64,000 nt of DNA from Patescibacteria group bacterium (GCA_041666145.1 JBAYHK010000002.1:260-64259); one strand, 5' to 3'. Counted from the stretch's first letter, positions 28,344 to 38,748 are shown. Notes: generated by a model not told the origin, from the sequence alone. Made by a program: numbers and translations.

Positions 28344-28934
28344 TTACGCTCCAAGCTGCATACGAACGAATCTGCCAATCTTGAGATTCTCACCGATCAC
28401 TCGAATGTTCTCGTTGAGCAACTGCTCAATGGTCTTGTCTTCGTCCTTGATGAACGACTGTTCCATGAGACAAATCTCGGCAAAAAACTTGTTCAGCTTT
28501 CCTTCGACAATCTTCTCAACCATTTCCGCTGGCTTGCCTTCTTGCGAAAGCTGCTCACGATACACCGCCTTTTCACGATCGATGATGTCTACAGGAACCT
28601 GGTCTCGAGACACATACTGCGGTGCACTGGCTGCAATATGCATAGCAAGATCTGCGCCAAACGTGTTGAACTGATCGTTCCGAGCAACAAAGTCTGTTTC
28701 GCACAAAATCTCGACCACAACCGCTAACTTATTTCCATGAGAATACGTAAACACCTTTCCTTCGGCCGTTGCACGATCTGCCTTCTTTGCGGCCTTTGCT
28801 GCACCAGACGCACGAAGCGCATCTACTGCCTTTTCCATGTCTCCACCGTGCTCTTCTAAAGCACGCTTTGCGTCCATCATTCCCGCACCAGTGAGTTCAC
28901 GCAGTTTTGCAACCTCCCCTGCTGTGATCGCCAT
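28344..28934 (-). CDS. tsf: Elongation factor Ts
   Basis: MAITAGEVAKLRELTGAGMMDAKRAL (the N-terminal UBA-like EF-Tu binding motif). 196 aa. Downstream of rpsB. Confidence 0.95.
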   Translation of the reverse strand: MAITAGEVAKLRELTGAGMMDAKRALEEHGGDMEKAVDALRASGAAKAAKKADRATAEGKVFTYSHGNKLAVVVEILCETDFVARNDQFNTFGADLAMHIAASAPQYVSRDQVPVDIIDREKAVYREQLSQEGKPAEMVEKIVEGKLNKFFAEICLMEQSFIKDEDKTIEQLLNENIRVIGENLKIGRFVRMQLGA

Positions 28935-28946
28935 AAAAAATCTAAA

Positions 28947-29795
28947 TTATTTCTTTTCTGGTGTTTCTGACTTCTGCTGTGCTGCCGCTGCCGCAAGCTC
29001 ATCCTTTGTTGCGTCGTCAATATCTTCAATAGCAGCCTTTGCACTTTCGGCAAGCTTCACATCATCTTCTGCACTCTTTCGAACATCTGCAACAGCTCGT
29101 GCAGTCGCGATCGCCTTTGCCTTTCCTTCCTTTACCGCTTCCGCGACCAACTTCGTTACCATTGCTAAACTTCCAATCGCGTCATCATTCCCAGGAATAA
29201 CATATCGAATGCCCTTTGGATTCACATTGCTATCAACGAGCGCGACCATGGTAATTCCCATTGTAATCGCCTCTCGTACTGCAGTCTTTTCATGACGCGC
29301 GTCAAGAATGAAGAGTGCATCTGGAAGCTTCATCAATGTAGAAAGTCCACCAATCTTTCCATCTAATTCTTCAATCTCACGTGAGAACTGAAGCTGTTCA
29401 AGTTTTGTATATTTTTTCAATTCACCTTTAGCAGACTTATCTTTCAAGTCTAAGTAGTGACGAATAATGCGCTGAATCTGCGCAAAGTTTGTAAACGTGC
29501 CACCCAACCAACGCGTGTTGATGTATGGCATGCCACAAGCCTTTGCATACTCTTCAATAACTGGCTGCGCCTGGCGCTTAGTGCCGAGAAACACTACCGA
29601 ACCACCCTTGGCAGCGATTTCTGTTACAAAATTTAAAGCCTGTTCTAACTTTGCCTGAGTTTTTTCGACGTCAATAATATGAACGCCGCCACGTTCGCCA
29701 TAAATGAATTGCTTCATTTTTGGATGCCAACGACTGGACTGATGACCAAAGTGCACACCTGCCTTAAGCATCTCCAAGAGACTTGGAAGTTTCAT
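28947..29795 (-). CDS. rpsB: 30S ribosomal protein S2, with a Lys/Ala-rich C-terminal extension
   Basis: Start refined to MKLPSLLEMLKAGVHFGHQSSRWHPKM (an AAAGGA SD is 8 nt upstream). The S2 core is conserved. The C-terminal tail is low-complexity AAAAAQQKSETPEKK. Confidence 0.9.
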   Translation of the reverse strand: MKLPSLLEMLKAGVHFGHQSSRWHPKMKQFIYGERGGVHIIDVEKTQAKLEQALNFVTEIAAKGGSVVFLGTKRQAQPVIEEYAKACGMPYINTRWLGGTFTNFAQIQRIIRHYLDLKDKSAKGELKKYTKLEQLQFSREIEELDGKIGGLSTLMKLPDALFILDARHEKTAVREAITMGITMVALVDSNVNPKGIRYVIPGNDDAIGSLAMVTKLVAEAVKEGKAKAIATARAVADVRKSAEDDVKLAESAKAAIEDIDDATKDELAAAAAQQKSETPEKK

Positions 29796-29964
29796 AATGA
29801 ATCCTTTTATCATCGGCGACTTGCATCTCGGGCCCAATCTGCGTTGGGAGGATCCGATGAATGTAGAATCAAGCGCCTGTAAGATGTAATAAATAAGTGC
29901 CCGCAGAGACGGCAGAAGAGTACAGAAATTCGCCAAAAAAGGCAAGATCGGACCCTGCCGAAAA

Positions 29965-30963
29965 CTACCGAATAAACATCACATCCCCAAAAGAAAAGAA
30001 TCGATAGCTCAAATGAATCGCTTCTTCGTAAGCTGCCAAAACTCGTTCACGGCCAGCAAAGGCGGAAACGAGCATTAATAATGTCGACTTTGGAAGATGG
30101 AAATTCGTGATCATTCCGTCAATAACTTGAAACTGAAATCCTGGAGTAATAAAGATGTTCAAATCTCCAGAAAAAGCCTGAAGCTCCCCCGCTGTCGCAG
30201 CAATGCCTTCAAGCGTTCGCACTGTTGTGGTTCCAACCGCGATGATGCGTCGGCCCTCCGATTTCGCCGCACAGATTCGTTCCGCAGTTCCAGCATCAAG
30301 CTCAACATATTCTGCATGCATGACGTGGTCTTCAATATTCTCTGTCTGAACTGGTCGGAATGTGCCAATGCCTACATGAAGCGTGACTTCCTCAATTTGA
30401 ATCCCCTTCGATCGCGCTCTATCGATAAGTTCTTGAGTAAAGTGAAGCCCTGCCGTTGGCGCAGCAACAGATCCAGTCGCTTTTGCATAAACTGTTTGAT
30501 AACGATCAGCATCAACGAGTTCGGTGGTGATATACGGAGGAGTCGGAACCGAGCCGTTGGCAGCACACCACGAGAACATCTCCGCCGCGTTCATCGACGT
30601 TTTCAGCGTAAAAATTCCGTCGTCCGATTTTGCGATCACCTCGAACTCGCCGATTCTTAATCCAATCTTTGCTTTTCGCCCTGGTTTTACAAGCGCATCG
30701 ATTTCGTCGTCCCGAACTTTGAGAACAAAAACCTCAAAACCATCCAACATCAATCGGGCACAAAAAACCTTCGACACGTTAAAGACCAAAACATCGCCGG
30801 CTACAAGCTCATCAAGAATCTGATAAAAATGTTCCAAATGCTTCATTGCCCCAGTTTCACGATCGAGCACGAGAAGCCGAGAATGATCACGAGGTTCAAC
30901 CGGAATCTGAGCAATCTGCTCATCCGGCAAAATATACGAAAACTCATTGACGTTCGTTGGCAT
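29965..30963 (-). CDS. queA: S-adenosylmethionine:tRNA ribosyltransferase-isomerase
   Basis: LPDEQIAQIPVEPRDHSRLLV, GTTTVRTLE, HLPKSTLLMLVSAF and YRFFSFGD are canonical QueA. Confidence 0.9.
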   Translation of the reverse strand: MPTNVNEFSYILPDEQIAQIPVEPRDHSRLLVLDRETGAMKHLEHFYQILDELVAGDVLVFNVSKVFCARLMLDGFEVFVLKVRDDEIDALVKPGRKAKIGLRIGEFEVIAKSDDGIFTLKTSMNAAEMFSWCAANGSVPTPPYITTELVDADRYQTVYAKATGSVAAPTAGLHFTQELIDRARSKGIQIEEVTLHVGIGTFRPVQTENIEDHVMHAEYVELDAGTAERICAAKSEGRRIIAVGTTTVRTLEGIAATAGELQAFSGDLNIFITPGFQFQVIDGMITNFHLPKSTLLMLVSAFAGRERVLAAYEEAIHLSYRFFSFGDVMFIR

Positions 30964-31080
30964 ACAAGCGCCAGTCTATAGGGAGAGCTAATGTTTGACA
31001 AAATATTGACTTTTTCCCATTTTCTTGGATAATGTTGCGAGTCAGGCGCAGAAAAATATCGAAACACTCGGAGACAAAAA

Positions 31081-31698
31081 ATGGGAAACGATCCTTCGCA
31101 GATCACGATCATCGTTCCACACCACGACGACCACGATCCTCGCATTATCCAAGCAACGCACTGGTACAACGCTGGTGCCGGTCTCGAGCTCGGAGTTCGT
31201 ACGCTAAACCAGTACCTCGCAACCATTCCGCCCGTCGGCGAGACGCTCGTTCATCCTCGCGACGACCTACCGCTCCTCACTCTCCTTGAACGTCGCATTG
31301 GTAACGTGGTGTCCTGCCGAATAGCCGGCCTTCTGTATGCCGAGTATGGCTACACGAATAAGACTCTAGTCCACATCAATGAGCGCTATCGGCTTCCAGA
31401 AGAGCCGACCTGGGTACGTGCTCATGACGGCACTCTAAACCTCAGACGCAAGCCCTCCATGTGTCTCGCGGAATGCACGGGAGATCGATTTGCAGGAATT
31501 GATTCCGTAGGCATCGCAATCTTCTTCATTCACGGCCCTCGCAATCACGTGATGGATTTTCCCGCATCTGTTCGCTCCGACTATCGCGATCGCTGCGCTT
31601 ACATCAATACGAATACGTCCGGCGATTCAAAGCTGGGTGCAGGCAGGAAGGATGAGACGAATCCGAAGTGTGGCGCCATAGTCTTCGCCCTAAAATGA
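31081..31698 (+). CDS. Hypothetical protein (205 aa) in a visibly GC-richer segment
   Basis: ORF-track ORF. Preceded by a promoter-like TTGACT-17-ATAATG (about 30999-31030). Composition differs from flanking genes. No motifs recognised. Confidence 0.45.
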   Translation: MGNDPSQITIIVPHHDDHDPRIIQATHWYNAGAGLELGVRTLNQYLATIPPVGETLVHPRDDLPLLTLLERRIGNVVSCRIAGLLYAEYGYTNKTLVHINERYRLPEEPTWVRAHDGTLNLRRKPSMCLAECTGDRFAGIDSVGIAIFFIHGPRNHVMDFPASVRSDYRDRCAYINTNTSGDSKLGAGRKDETNPKCGAIVFALK

Positions 31699-31729
31699 AG
31701 GCACTTAGCAATGTTCTTCAGGACGACGC

Positions 31730-31770
31730 GATTCCCGTCGGCTCAGTGCCGATGGGAATCTTTTATTTTG
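31730..31770 (+). terminator. Intrinsic terminator after the GC-rich hypothetical gene
   Basis: ATTCCCGTCGGC tcagt GCCGATGGGAAT (12-bp stem with one G-U) followed by TTTTATTTT. Confidence 0.6.
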
Positions 31771-31878
31771 AGCTCAAGCTTCCGCCAATGTTTGACAAAA
31801 AGCCGAGCAATCGATACTCTTTTGGCACTTAATCGGCTGTATAAGAGCAGCGAAATCAGCGAACGGCGTCATTTTCAG

Positions 31879-31965
31879 CCAGTTTCGGTGATGGTCAAGA
31901 AAAGCTTCTGAGACGTACCTCAATGTACGACGAAGAAGTTTTCGAAGACCAGATCCGAAAATGGA
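31879..31965 (+). promoter_or_regulatory. Conserved ~90-nt 5' leader block, copy 1 (upstream of rpmE)
   Basis: ccagtttcggtgatggtcaagaaaagcttctgagacgtacctcaatgtacgacgaagaagttttcgaagaccagatccgaaaatgg is near-identical to 42010-42094 upstream of rplK. It contains a nested hairpin (CGTAC ctcaat GTACG inside CTTCT...AGAAG). Confidence 0.5.
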
Positions 31966-31990
31966 CAAAATGCCGGCGTTCGATATCTAT

Positions 31991-32302
31991 ATGAAGGCAG
32001 GAATCCACCCAGACTACTTTGAATCCACAATCACATGCGCATGCGGCGCCGTGTACAAGACCGGATCAACCATGGAGTCGATCGCGATCGAATTGTGTAG
32101 TGCTTGCCATCCATTCTTTACTGGCAAACAAAAGATTTTAGACACCGCACGTCGTGTAGAAAAGTTCACTGGAAAAATCGACAAAAAGTCTGCAACCGTC
32201 AAAACAGCAAAGGACAAAGCAGCAGACCGAGCAGCGCGCGCACAGACCAAGGCAGAAAAGAAAGCAAACAGCGACACTTCGATCAAATCTGTTTCTCGTT
32301 AA
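31991..32302 (+). CDS. rpmE: 50S ribosomal protein L31 with a basic C-terminal extension
   Basis: [48 protein letters not shown]. The L31 zinc-ribbon CxxC...CxxC is present. Start refined to MKAGIHP. Confidence 0.9.
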   Translation: MKAGIHPDYFESTITCACGAVYKTGSTMESIAIELCSACHPFFTGKQKILDTARRVEKFTGKIDKKSATVKTAKDKAADRAARAQTKAEKKANSDTSIKSVSR

Positions 32303-32336
32303 GCTTTTCTTTGAAAACACTTCGTCGTAAGGCGGA

Positions 32337-33452
32337 GTGTTTTCATTTATACTGATTTCTATGGATTACACAAAAGTCATTGCAGATAAGCGTGCAGAAA
32401 AAGCCGCTCTCGAAACGAGTCTTATGGACCCAGCAAATCTTGGAAATCCAAAAAAACTTCGGGAAGTAAATGCAGAATATCAGCGCATCAATCGTATTGT
32501 TGCTATTGCTGAGGCGTACGAAACCGCGGCTCGAGATCTTGAAGGCGCAAAAGTGGCACTAAATGATGCCGATGAAGAAGTTCGAGCTATGGCCACAGAA
32601 GAAATCTCCTCCCTTGAAATAAAACTTCCAGATCTTGAGCGCGCGCTAGAACTCGCACTCATTCCTGCAGATCCAATCGACAGTCACGATGCAATCGTGG
32701 AAATCCGTGCCGGCACGGGTGGTGACGAGGCTGCACTTTTCGCCTCTGACCTTTACCGAATGTACACACGTTTTGCAGAGCGACATGGCTGGAAAGCTGC
32801 GCTCGTTTCGCAAAGTCAAAATGATCTTGGCGGATTCAAAGAAGTCATTGTCGAGATTCAAGGCGACGGAGCATTCGGCACCATGAAACTCGAAAGTGGT
32901 GTTCATAGAGTTCAGCGCGTTCCAAGCACGGAAAAAGCTGGACGTATTCACACATCAACCGCAACCGTAGCCGTTCTTCCAAAACTCGAACAAGAGGAAT
33001 TTGAAATCAATCCAAAAGACTTAACAATCGAAGCTACTACAAGCCAAGGCGCAGGTGGACAGTCAGTCAACACCACGTACAGCGCAGTACGCATGGTGCA
33101 CATTCCGACAGGAATCACGGTGTACTGCCAAGATGAACGATCATTTAGTCAAAATAAAGAACGCGCACTTTCGGTGATGCGCGCTCGCGTCTTCGCTTTT
33201 GAAGAAGAGAAAAAACGCGCGGCACTTTCTGCGAATCGTAAAGATCAAATCGGCTCTGGTGAACGTTCTGAAAAAATCCGAACCTATAACTTTCCACAAG
33301 ATCGCATTACCGATCATCGCGTAAAGCAATCATGGCACGGTATTCCGAATCTTCTCGATGGTGACCTAGAAGATATTTTAAACACACTAAAAATTGCTGC
33401 TCGAGACGCAAAATTCGGAGAGCTCTCCAGTGACGATGACGACGAAGAATAA
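32337..33452 (+). CDS. prfA: Peptide chain release factor 1
   Basis: GGQ motif ([11 protein letters not shown]) and PST tripeptide in the RF1 position ([17 protein letters not shown]). Acidic C-terminal tail. Confidence 0.9.
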   Translation: MFSFILISMDYTKVIADKRAEKAALETSLMDPANLGNPKKLREVNAEYQRINRIVAIAEAYETAARDLEGAKVALNDADEEVRAMATEEISSLEIKLPDLERALELALIPADPIDSHDAIVEIRAGTGGDEAALFASDLYRMYTRFAERHGWKAALVSQSQNDLGGFKEVIVEIQGDGAFGTMKLESGVHRVQRVPSTEKAGRIHTSTATVAVLPKLEQEEFEINPKDLTIEATTSQGAGGQSVNTTYSAVRMVHIPTGITVYCQDERSFSQNKERALSVMRARVFAFEEEKKRAALSANRKDQIGSGERSEKIRTYNFPQDRITDHRVKQSWHGIPNLLDGDLEDILNTLKIAARDAKFGELSSDDDDEE

Positions 33453-33453
33453 T

Positions 33454-34353
33454 ATGGACAGCTCCATGACGATTCTTGAAATTCTCTCATGGGCAGGAAA
33501 TGTGCTTAAAAGCACCAACGCGACTCGTTCTGTTCCACAAAATGCTCGACTTGATGCGCAAGTTCTTCTCTCGCATGTTCTTGGCGTGAATAGCGCGTAT
33601 CTTTTTACCCACGGCGACGAAACACTTACCACAAACAACATAGAAACTTTTCAACGGCTCATTGAACGACGGTCTCGCCACGAACCCGTCGCATATCTCA
33701 CGCAAACAAAAGCATTTTTTGGTCGAGATTTCTTCGTGAATAATCATGTACTCATTCCCAGACCAGATACAGAAGTTCTTATCGAAGAAGCAAAAAAAGC
33801 GATTACTCCAACATCAACAGTCATCGACATTGGAACAGGAAGCGGAGCGATCGCGATCACACTTGCTCTTGAAACAACAATGCCGACAATTGCGATCGAT
33901 ATTAGCCTCGACGCAATTACAGTCGCAAAACACAACGCAAAAACGCTTGGCGCAAAACTTGCGATTATTCAAGGAAACCTTTTTGAGCCAATAACAAAAA
34001 TCAATCCACCACCAAGTGATCATTTCGTCGTAGTGGCAAACCTTCCTTATCTCACTCCTTGGCAATGGGAAGCACTTGATCCTGATGTAAAAACATACGA
34101 ACCAAAACTTGCACTTGTCGGCGGTGCAGATGGACTCGCTCTCTACGACAAACTTTGTGAACAGCTCAGATCGTACATACACGAACAATCGCGCCAAGGT
34201 CGCCGAATCATGATTGATCTCTTCATCGAAATCGATCAAAGCCAAAAGGCCGCAGCGCCGGCGCTCATCAAATCTCACTTTCCAACAGCACAACTTTCAG
34301 TGACTCTCGACCTCGCAAAGAAAGAACGCATTGTTCGTGCCGTGATTCGATAA
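33454..34353 (+). CDS. prmC: Release factor glutamine N5-methyltransferase PrmC (HemK)
   Basis: SAM-binding IDIGTGSGAIAITLA and catalytic NPPY-variant VVVANLPYL. The start is 1 nt after the prfA stop. Confidence 0.8.
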   Translation: MDSSMTILEILSWAGNVLKSTNATRSVPQNARLDAQVLLSHVLGVNSAYLFTHGDETLTTNNIETFQRLIERRSRHEPVAYLTQTKAFFGRDFFVNNHVLIPRPDTEVLIEEAKKAITPTSTVIDIGTGSGAIAITLALETTMPTIAIDISLDAITVAKHNAKTLGAKLAIIQGNLFEPITKINPPPSDHFVVVANLPYLTPWQWEALDPDVKTYEPKLALVGGADGLALYDKLCEQLRSYIHEQSRQGRRIMIDLFIEIDQSQKAAAPALIKSHFPTAQLSVTLDLAKKERIVRAVIR

Positions 34354-34363
34354 CGCCGAACAT

Positions 34364-35455
34364 TTACTTCACACTTAATCGATCGGGCGTATCAACAACC
34401 TCGATCCACGTTTTTCCAGCGTTCAGCACAACTTCCTTTTCATTATCATCAAAGAATCGTAAACGCTCTTCTGCACTTTCTTTTTTCCACGTCCCAACAA
34501 TCTCGGCTCCATTCTGAAAAACATGTGCAATACCAGAGCCGATAGTTACAATCTCTTTTCTTCCCTTGTCGTCACCAGCAATTACTCCAATATCTGTTTC
34601 AAGAATAATAACGTTGTCCGCGACATAAACACCGCCACCCTGCCGACGCTCGTAACTATTCTTCGATGGATCAAAGATCCAATCGACGTTGTAACCAGAA
34701 GAATTCGACCAATCAAGATGAATAACTGACGATGTGGTAGATAATGCAGAACCATCGGCAAATATCCATACCCCATACGTTGGAATCGAATGACTATAAC
34801 GACTGTTCATTTCTTCAATCGAATCACGAAGGTCGACACTCGATGTGTAAACATTGTGCGGAGCGTATCGAGCAACCTCGTCACGATAGAAATACTCACT
34901 TTGAAAAAACTGATCTAAATCCATAACCTCGTTAAAACGAATCTCCTCAAGCGCGTCTGGCGAGCCGCCCACATGAGCATAGATCCCATCAAATTCTGTA
35001 TTCCAATCCAAATAATATGATCGTGCAGATCGAACCGGTCCGATTTTCTCCACGTTCTGCTCTTCAGAAAAGAACGCGATAAAACGCGGAATGTTCCCCT
35101 CTACCGGTGCCTCAATAACAAGGAATGCTTCATCAATACCGGAAAGCGGCCATGCGTCTGCAGAATTCTCCACCATGACTCCAAAAACCTGAGGCAAAAC
35201 ATCAACTGCAGATTCAATCTTCACACCAGTAAGCGGATGACGATACGTTTCAATCTCTTCAATCGGCGTATTAGTCGAAGGAATAGAAGAAAAATTCTCA
35301 GAAGGAATTCGCACAAGAATACCAAGACAAACCACAGCAGTCGCGAGCAAACCAGCACCGTAAATCAATCTATTTTTTAAAGTTCCATTTACTTTCCACC
35401 ATTTTAAAAACTTCTCTCTCTTCACGCGAAATATCTTCTCAATTTCCTTCTTCAT
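34364..35455 (-). CDS. DUF3048-domain (YerB-like) membrane-anchored protein
   Basis: N-terminal TM. VMVENSADAWPLSGIDEAFLVIEAPVEGNIPRFIAFF closely matches the conserved DUF3048 N-domain block of the YerB family. Confidence 0.55.
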   Translation of the reverse strand: MKKEIEKIFRVKREKFLKWWKVNGTLKNRLIYGAGLLATAVVCLGILVRIPSENFSSIPSTNTPIEEIETYRHPLTGVKIESAVDVLPQVFGVMVENSADAWPLSGIDEAFLVIEAPVEGNIPRFIAFFSEEQNVEKIGPVRSARSYYLDWNTEFDGIYAHVGGSPDALEEIRFNEVMDLDQFFQSEYFYRDEVARYAPHNVYTSSVDLRDSIEEMNSRYSHSIPTYGVWIFADGSALSTTSSVIHLDWSNSSGYNVDWIFDPSKNSYERRQGGGVYVADNVIILETDIGVIAGDDKGRKEIVTIGSGIAHVFQNGAEIVGTWKKESAEERLRFFDDNEKEVVLNAGKTWIEVVDTPDRLSVK

Positions 35456-35510
35456 AAGACGTTAGTGTAACAAAAAATCGTCAAGCAGCAGCCTGACGAT
35501 TTTTTAAAAC

Positions 35511-36221
35511 TTATTTCTTTGAATCCTTCTTTGTGTCTTTCTTCACTTCTGTGCCTTCAGTAGCCTCTTCCTTCTTCTCTGTTGTGACTTCCACCTTTGA
35601 AACATCAAGTTCAACTGCAGCATTCAATGACGCAAGCTCTTCTTCAGAACGTGGTGGCTGCACTGATGCAATAGCGACTTCCACATCTGTTGTGATCTCA
35701 ACACCTTCTGGCGCGATAATATCGGAGACACGAATAACATCTTCAAATGTTTTCAAACGAGAGACGTCGACAGAAATTTCGTGAACAAGTGCATTCGGCA
35801 ATGAAATAACCTCTACTTCTTCCAAAGTCTGCAACAATGTTCCACCAAGCTCTTTAACCGCTGGCGCCACACCAGCCAATACAAGAGGAATCTTCGCCTC
35901 AATTCTTCGGTTTGGATCAACTGCACGAAAATCTATGTGCGTAAAGAAATCATTCAATGGATTGCGCTGAGTATCGCTAATCAACACCTGAAACATCTTT
36001 TCGCCAACCGTAAGATCGACAACGGTACTTGCACCTGCAGATGCAAAAACCTTAATAAAGGCGTTACGATCAACGGTAATGTTCATCGGCTCTGTTCCAA
36101 ACCCGTAAAGAACGGCCGGAACTTTGCCTTCTTGACGAAGGGATTCTGTCTTGCGGCCAGTTAAGTCTCGCAAGATTGCGGTAAGAAGAATGTGGTTCTG
36201 CATAGATGGCGCATATTTCAT
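35511..36221 (-). CDS. rplY: 50S ribosomal protein L25 / general stress protein Ctc, with a Lys/Glu-rich C-terminal tail
   Basis: RKTESLRQEGKVPAVLYGFG is the L25 N-terminal signature. 236 aa, two-domain Ctc form. Confidence 0.85.
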   Translation of the reverse strand: MKYAPSMQNHILLTAILRDLTGRKTESLRQEGKVPAVLYGFGTEPMNITVDRNAFIKVFASAGASTVVDLTVGEKMFQVLISDTQRNPLNDFFTHIDFRAVDPNRRIEAKIPLVLAGVAPAVKELGGTLLQTLEEVEVISLPNALVHEISVDVSRLKTFEDVIRVSDIIAPEGVEITTDVEVAIASVQPPRSEEELASLNAAVELDVSKVEVTTEKKEEATEGTEVKKDTKKDSKK

Positions 36222-36276
36222 CCAATCCTAGCCCTTTTGTCAACTCAAAACTGTTTTATTGTGGGGAAAGCTAAGA

Positions 36277-36576
36277 CTATAAACGAGTTTTCTCAAAAAG
36301 AAGCTCATGCGCCCTGAGCACATCATCAAGAGAAATTCTCGATTTTTCTAAAAAGCGCTTAGCGTCTGTCGCATCACAGTCTGTAAAAAGCCCCATACAT
36401 GCAATCTGCCCCTCCCTTCGCTCAATCGCAAAAAGCATCGCCCTCTTACACCCAAAACACGTCGCATGCACAACGTCTCTTCGAGAAGACCGAGAAAGCG
36501 TTCGCACCATTTCCCCGTCATAAGAAAGGGAACAAAATGGGCAACGAGACAATGATTCAATCATAAAAATCCTCAA
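36277..36576 (-). CDS. Small Cys-rich hypothetical protein (putative zinc-binding)
   Basis: CPFC...CFGC pairs. The start overlaps the stop of ftsW/rodA by 4 nt (ATGA). No family recognised. Confidence 0.35.
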   Translation of the reverse strand: MRIFMIESLSRCPFCSLSYDGEMVRTLSRSSRRDVVHATCFGCKRAMLFAIERREGQIACMGLFTDCDATDAKRFLEKSRISLDDVLRAHELLFEKTRL

Positions 36577-37688
36577 AGAAGCACACGATCTGCAGCGTGC
36601 AAACGCACCGCAACGGACTGTACCATACCGAAAAATACAAAAGACAATAAGAGCGAGCTCCCTCCATAGCTCACAAAAGGTAATGCGACACCAGTCGCCG
36701 GCATAAGAGAAACATTAGCTCCAACATGAACAATGACTTCAGTAAAAATTACAGAAAACGCGCCTATACAGATATAGGCACCAAAAGTATCGCTAGCAGA
36801 TCGTGCCAAAACAATCATGCGCCAAAACACAAGAATGAATGCGACGAAAAGTAAACATACCCCAACAAAGCCCAATTCTTCTGCAATGACCGCAAAAATA
36901 AAGTCTGTCTGACTCTCTGGTAAAAATCTAAGCTGGCTTTGACTTCCGTCTCCGAGACCTCTCCCCCATAATTCACCAGAACCAATAGCGATCTTTGCTT
37001 GAATGACGTTATAGCCAGTACGCAAAGGATCTCGAGATGGGTCCAGAAATGTAAGCACTCTATCTTTTTGATATTGATCAAATACGCCAAACCATCCCGC
37101 ACTAACCACACACAAAACCAGGCCACACACTGCAAGAATTTGTGGAACACGAATTCCAGCAAAGAGAATAAAAATAGCCCATGCTCCCACGAGAAGCGCA
37201 GCACCTCCTAAGTCAGGTTGCAGCATAAGAAGAGTCACCGGAATAGCAACTAAAATTCCACTCATCGCAAGATCACGCCAACTAAATCTTCTCATTGCCT
37301 TTTGGCTACAATACCAAGCAAAAACAACAACAAGTGCAACCTTCATAAATTCCACTGGCTGAAAAGCAAAACCTCCAACAACAAACCACCCAGTCGAACC
37401 ATTTAATGTTCTACCAAACAATAAAACGGCAATAAGTAAAAAAATTCCAACCATGTAAAGTCCACGAGCGCCGTACCGCATGATGTGATAGTTCATCGAA
37501 GCAATGAGCACACTCACAACGATTCCCATCCCCAAAGCAATCGCCTGCTTCTGCAAAAAAACGTTTTCCGAACCCCGCGAAAGCTCAATAGAGAAAATTG
37601 CAGAAAAACCAAATGCAACAAGCGCGCCAATTCCTATGGTTAAAAGCACATCCCCCCTCCTTAAAATACCAAAATCAAATATCGCCAT
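36573..37688 (-). CDS. ftsW: SEDS-family peptidoglycan glycosyltransferase (FtsW/RodA)
   Basis: 10 TM. PESQTDFIFAVIAEELGFVG, GANVSLMPATGVALPFVSYGGSSLL. Confidence 0.85.
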   Translation of the reverse strand: MAIFDFGILRRGDVLLTIGIGALVAFGFSAIFSIELSRGSENVFLQKQAIALGMGIVVSVLIASMNYHIMRYGARGLYMVGIFLLIAVLLFGRTLNGSTGWFVVGGFAFQPVEFMKVALVVVFAWYCSQKAMRRFSWRDLAMSGILVAIPVTLLMLQPDLGGAALLVGAWAIFILFAGIRVPQILAVCGLVLCVVSAGWFGVFDQYQKDRVLTFLDPSRDPLRTGYNVIQAKIAIGSGELWGRGLGDGSQSQLRFLPESQTDFIFAVIAEELGFVGVCLLFVAFILVFWRMIVLARSASDTFGAYICIGAFSVIFTEVIVHVGANVSLMPATGVALPFVSYGGSSLLLSFVFFGMVQSVAVRLHAADRVLL

Positions 37689-37712
37689 ACCTACCCCGTG
37701 CTTCTTCTCGAT

Positions 37713-38633
37713 TTATGATCTCAGGCTATCACGAATATCTTCCTCGCGGGTACCACGAGGAGGCATATAACTACTAGAATCAAAATAATTTATCGTGGGA
37801 ACGACTGTCACGGTCGCGGATGTTGGCTCATTCCCATACCACCGAACTTCAGCATCTCTTACCTCACCAGCTTCAAGCTCCGTCATGGTGGCACGAGAAA
37901 TACCAACCACCGCACCAGCGCGTTCAAGAACAACAATAAACTGCGCAGCCCAATAAGAATAAGGTGTCGAGTTCGTCACAATAAACGACGTCCGACCAAT
38001 CTTTGTCCCTCCCAAATGAATATCAGGAGTGTATTCAGGAGTCGAAATTGTAAAATCATTATGTTTTGCCAACCATGCCTGAACATCTGGCGCGACATGA
38101 CGATCAACCCGAGTCCAAAGAATATCTTCGACGGCTACGCTAACACTGGAGGGACGCTCTTCCGCATCAATCCCAAGAGCAAAAAGATATGTTGTATCTC
38201 CAGGCATTACAGAACCTTTCTGAACTATAGGATCAATGCCTTTTGCAGTAAATGTATATGTAAACGTTGCGTACCAATCTGTGTTTGGATTTTTTACTGT
38301 TGTATAAAAATCAAAACTCGTTGGAGTTCCCTGAAGAACTTTTGCAGAACCAAGAGCAAGCTGTTTTGCATCACTCTCAGAAGCAATCGCTTGAAAATTC
38401 GCGAGATTCGATCCGAATGTTGCGCCCGCCATCCGCACGTCATCAAAAGATCCAGATATAAGGTATCCAACAACTACAACGACCAAAAAAATGCCCATCA
38501 ATGCCTCTGTAACAATGAGGAAAGCAAACCCAAGCCTACGAAAAAAAGGTCGTGCTTCTATCATGCGAATACCACGCGCATGTTCACGCTCAATTGCCTG
38601 CAGTTCCGGAGAAACAAGAGGGTTTTCTACCAT
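37713..38633 (-). CDS. Hypothetical membrane-anchored protein (306 aa)
   Basis: One TM (LGFAFLIVTEALMGIFLVVVVVGYLI) followed by a beta-rich extracytoplasmic domain. Same orientation, just upstream of ftsW/rodA. Confidence 0.5.
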   Translation of the reverse strand: MVENPLVSPELQAIEREHARGIRMIEARPFFRRLGFAFLIVTEALMGIFLVVVVVGYLISGSFDDVRMAGATFGSNLANFQAIASESDAKQLALGSAKVLQGTPTSFDFYTTVKNPNTDWYATFTYTFTAKGIDPIVQKGSVMPGDTTYLFALGIDAEERPSSVSVAVEDILWTRVDRHVAPDVQAWLAKHNDFTISTPEYTPDIHLGGTKIGRTSFIVTNSTPYSYWAAQFIVVLERAGAVVGISRATMTELEAGEVRDAEVRWYGNEPTSATVTVVPTINYFDSSSYMPPRGTREEDIRDSLRS

Positions 38634-38748
38634 AAAAAAATCACAAAAATTGTCAACAGAATCATACCATGCGTTGCTTGTTCCACCCGAGGCTACATGA
38701 TAAACTCCGGGCGAGTTTTCATCCTTCTCGGCAACGTTTATACCCTCT

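Noticed and set aside
30964-31080. Possible preQ1-I riboswitch upstream of queA (ctccctatagactgg on the minus strand)
   Set aside because: It lacks the conserved A-rich tail and pseudoknot partner of preQ1-I. The similarity is limited to CCCUAUA. The evidence is too weak to call.
31711-31911. 66-aa ORF ending ...MVKKSF just upstream of rpmE
   Set aside because: It overlaps the terminator and the conserved leader block. The corresponding position upstream of rplK has only an 8-codon frame (MKGEESF). The nucleotide sequence is conserved, not the protein, so it is probably leader RNA rather than a gene.
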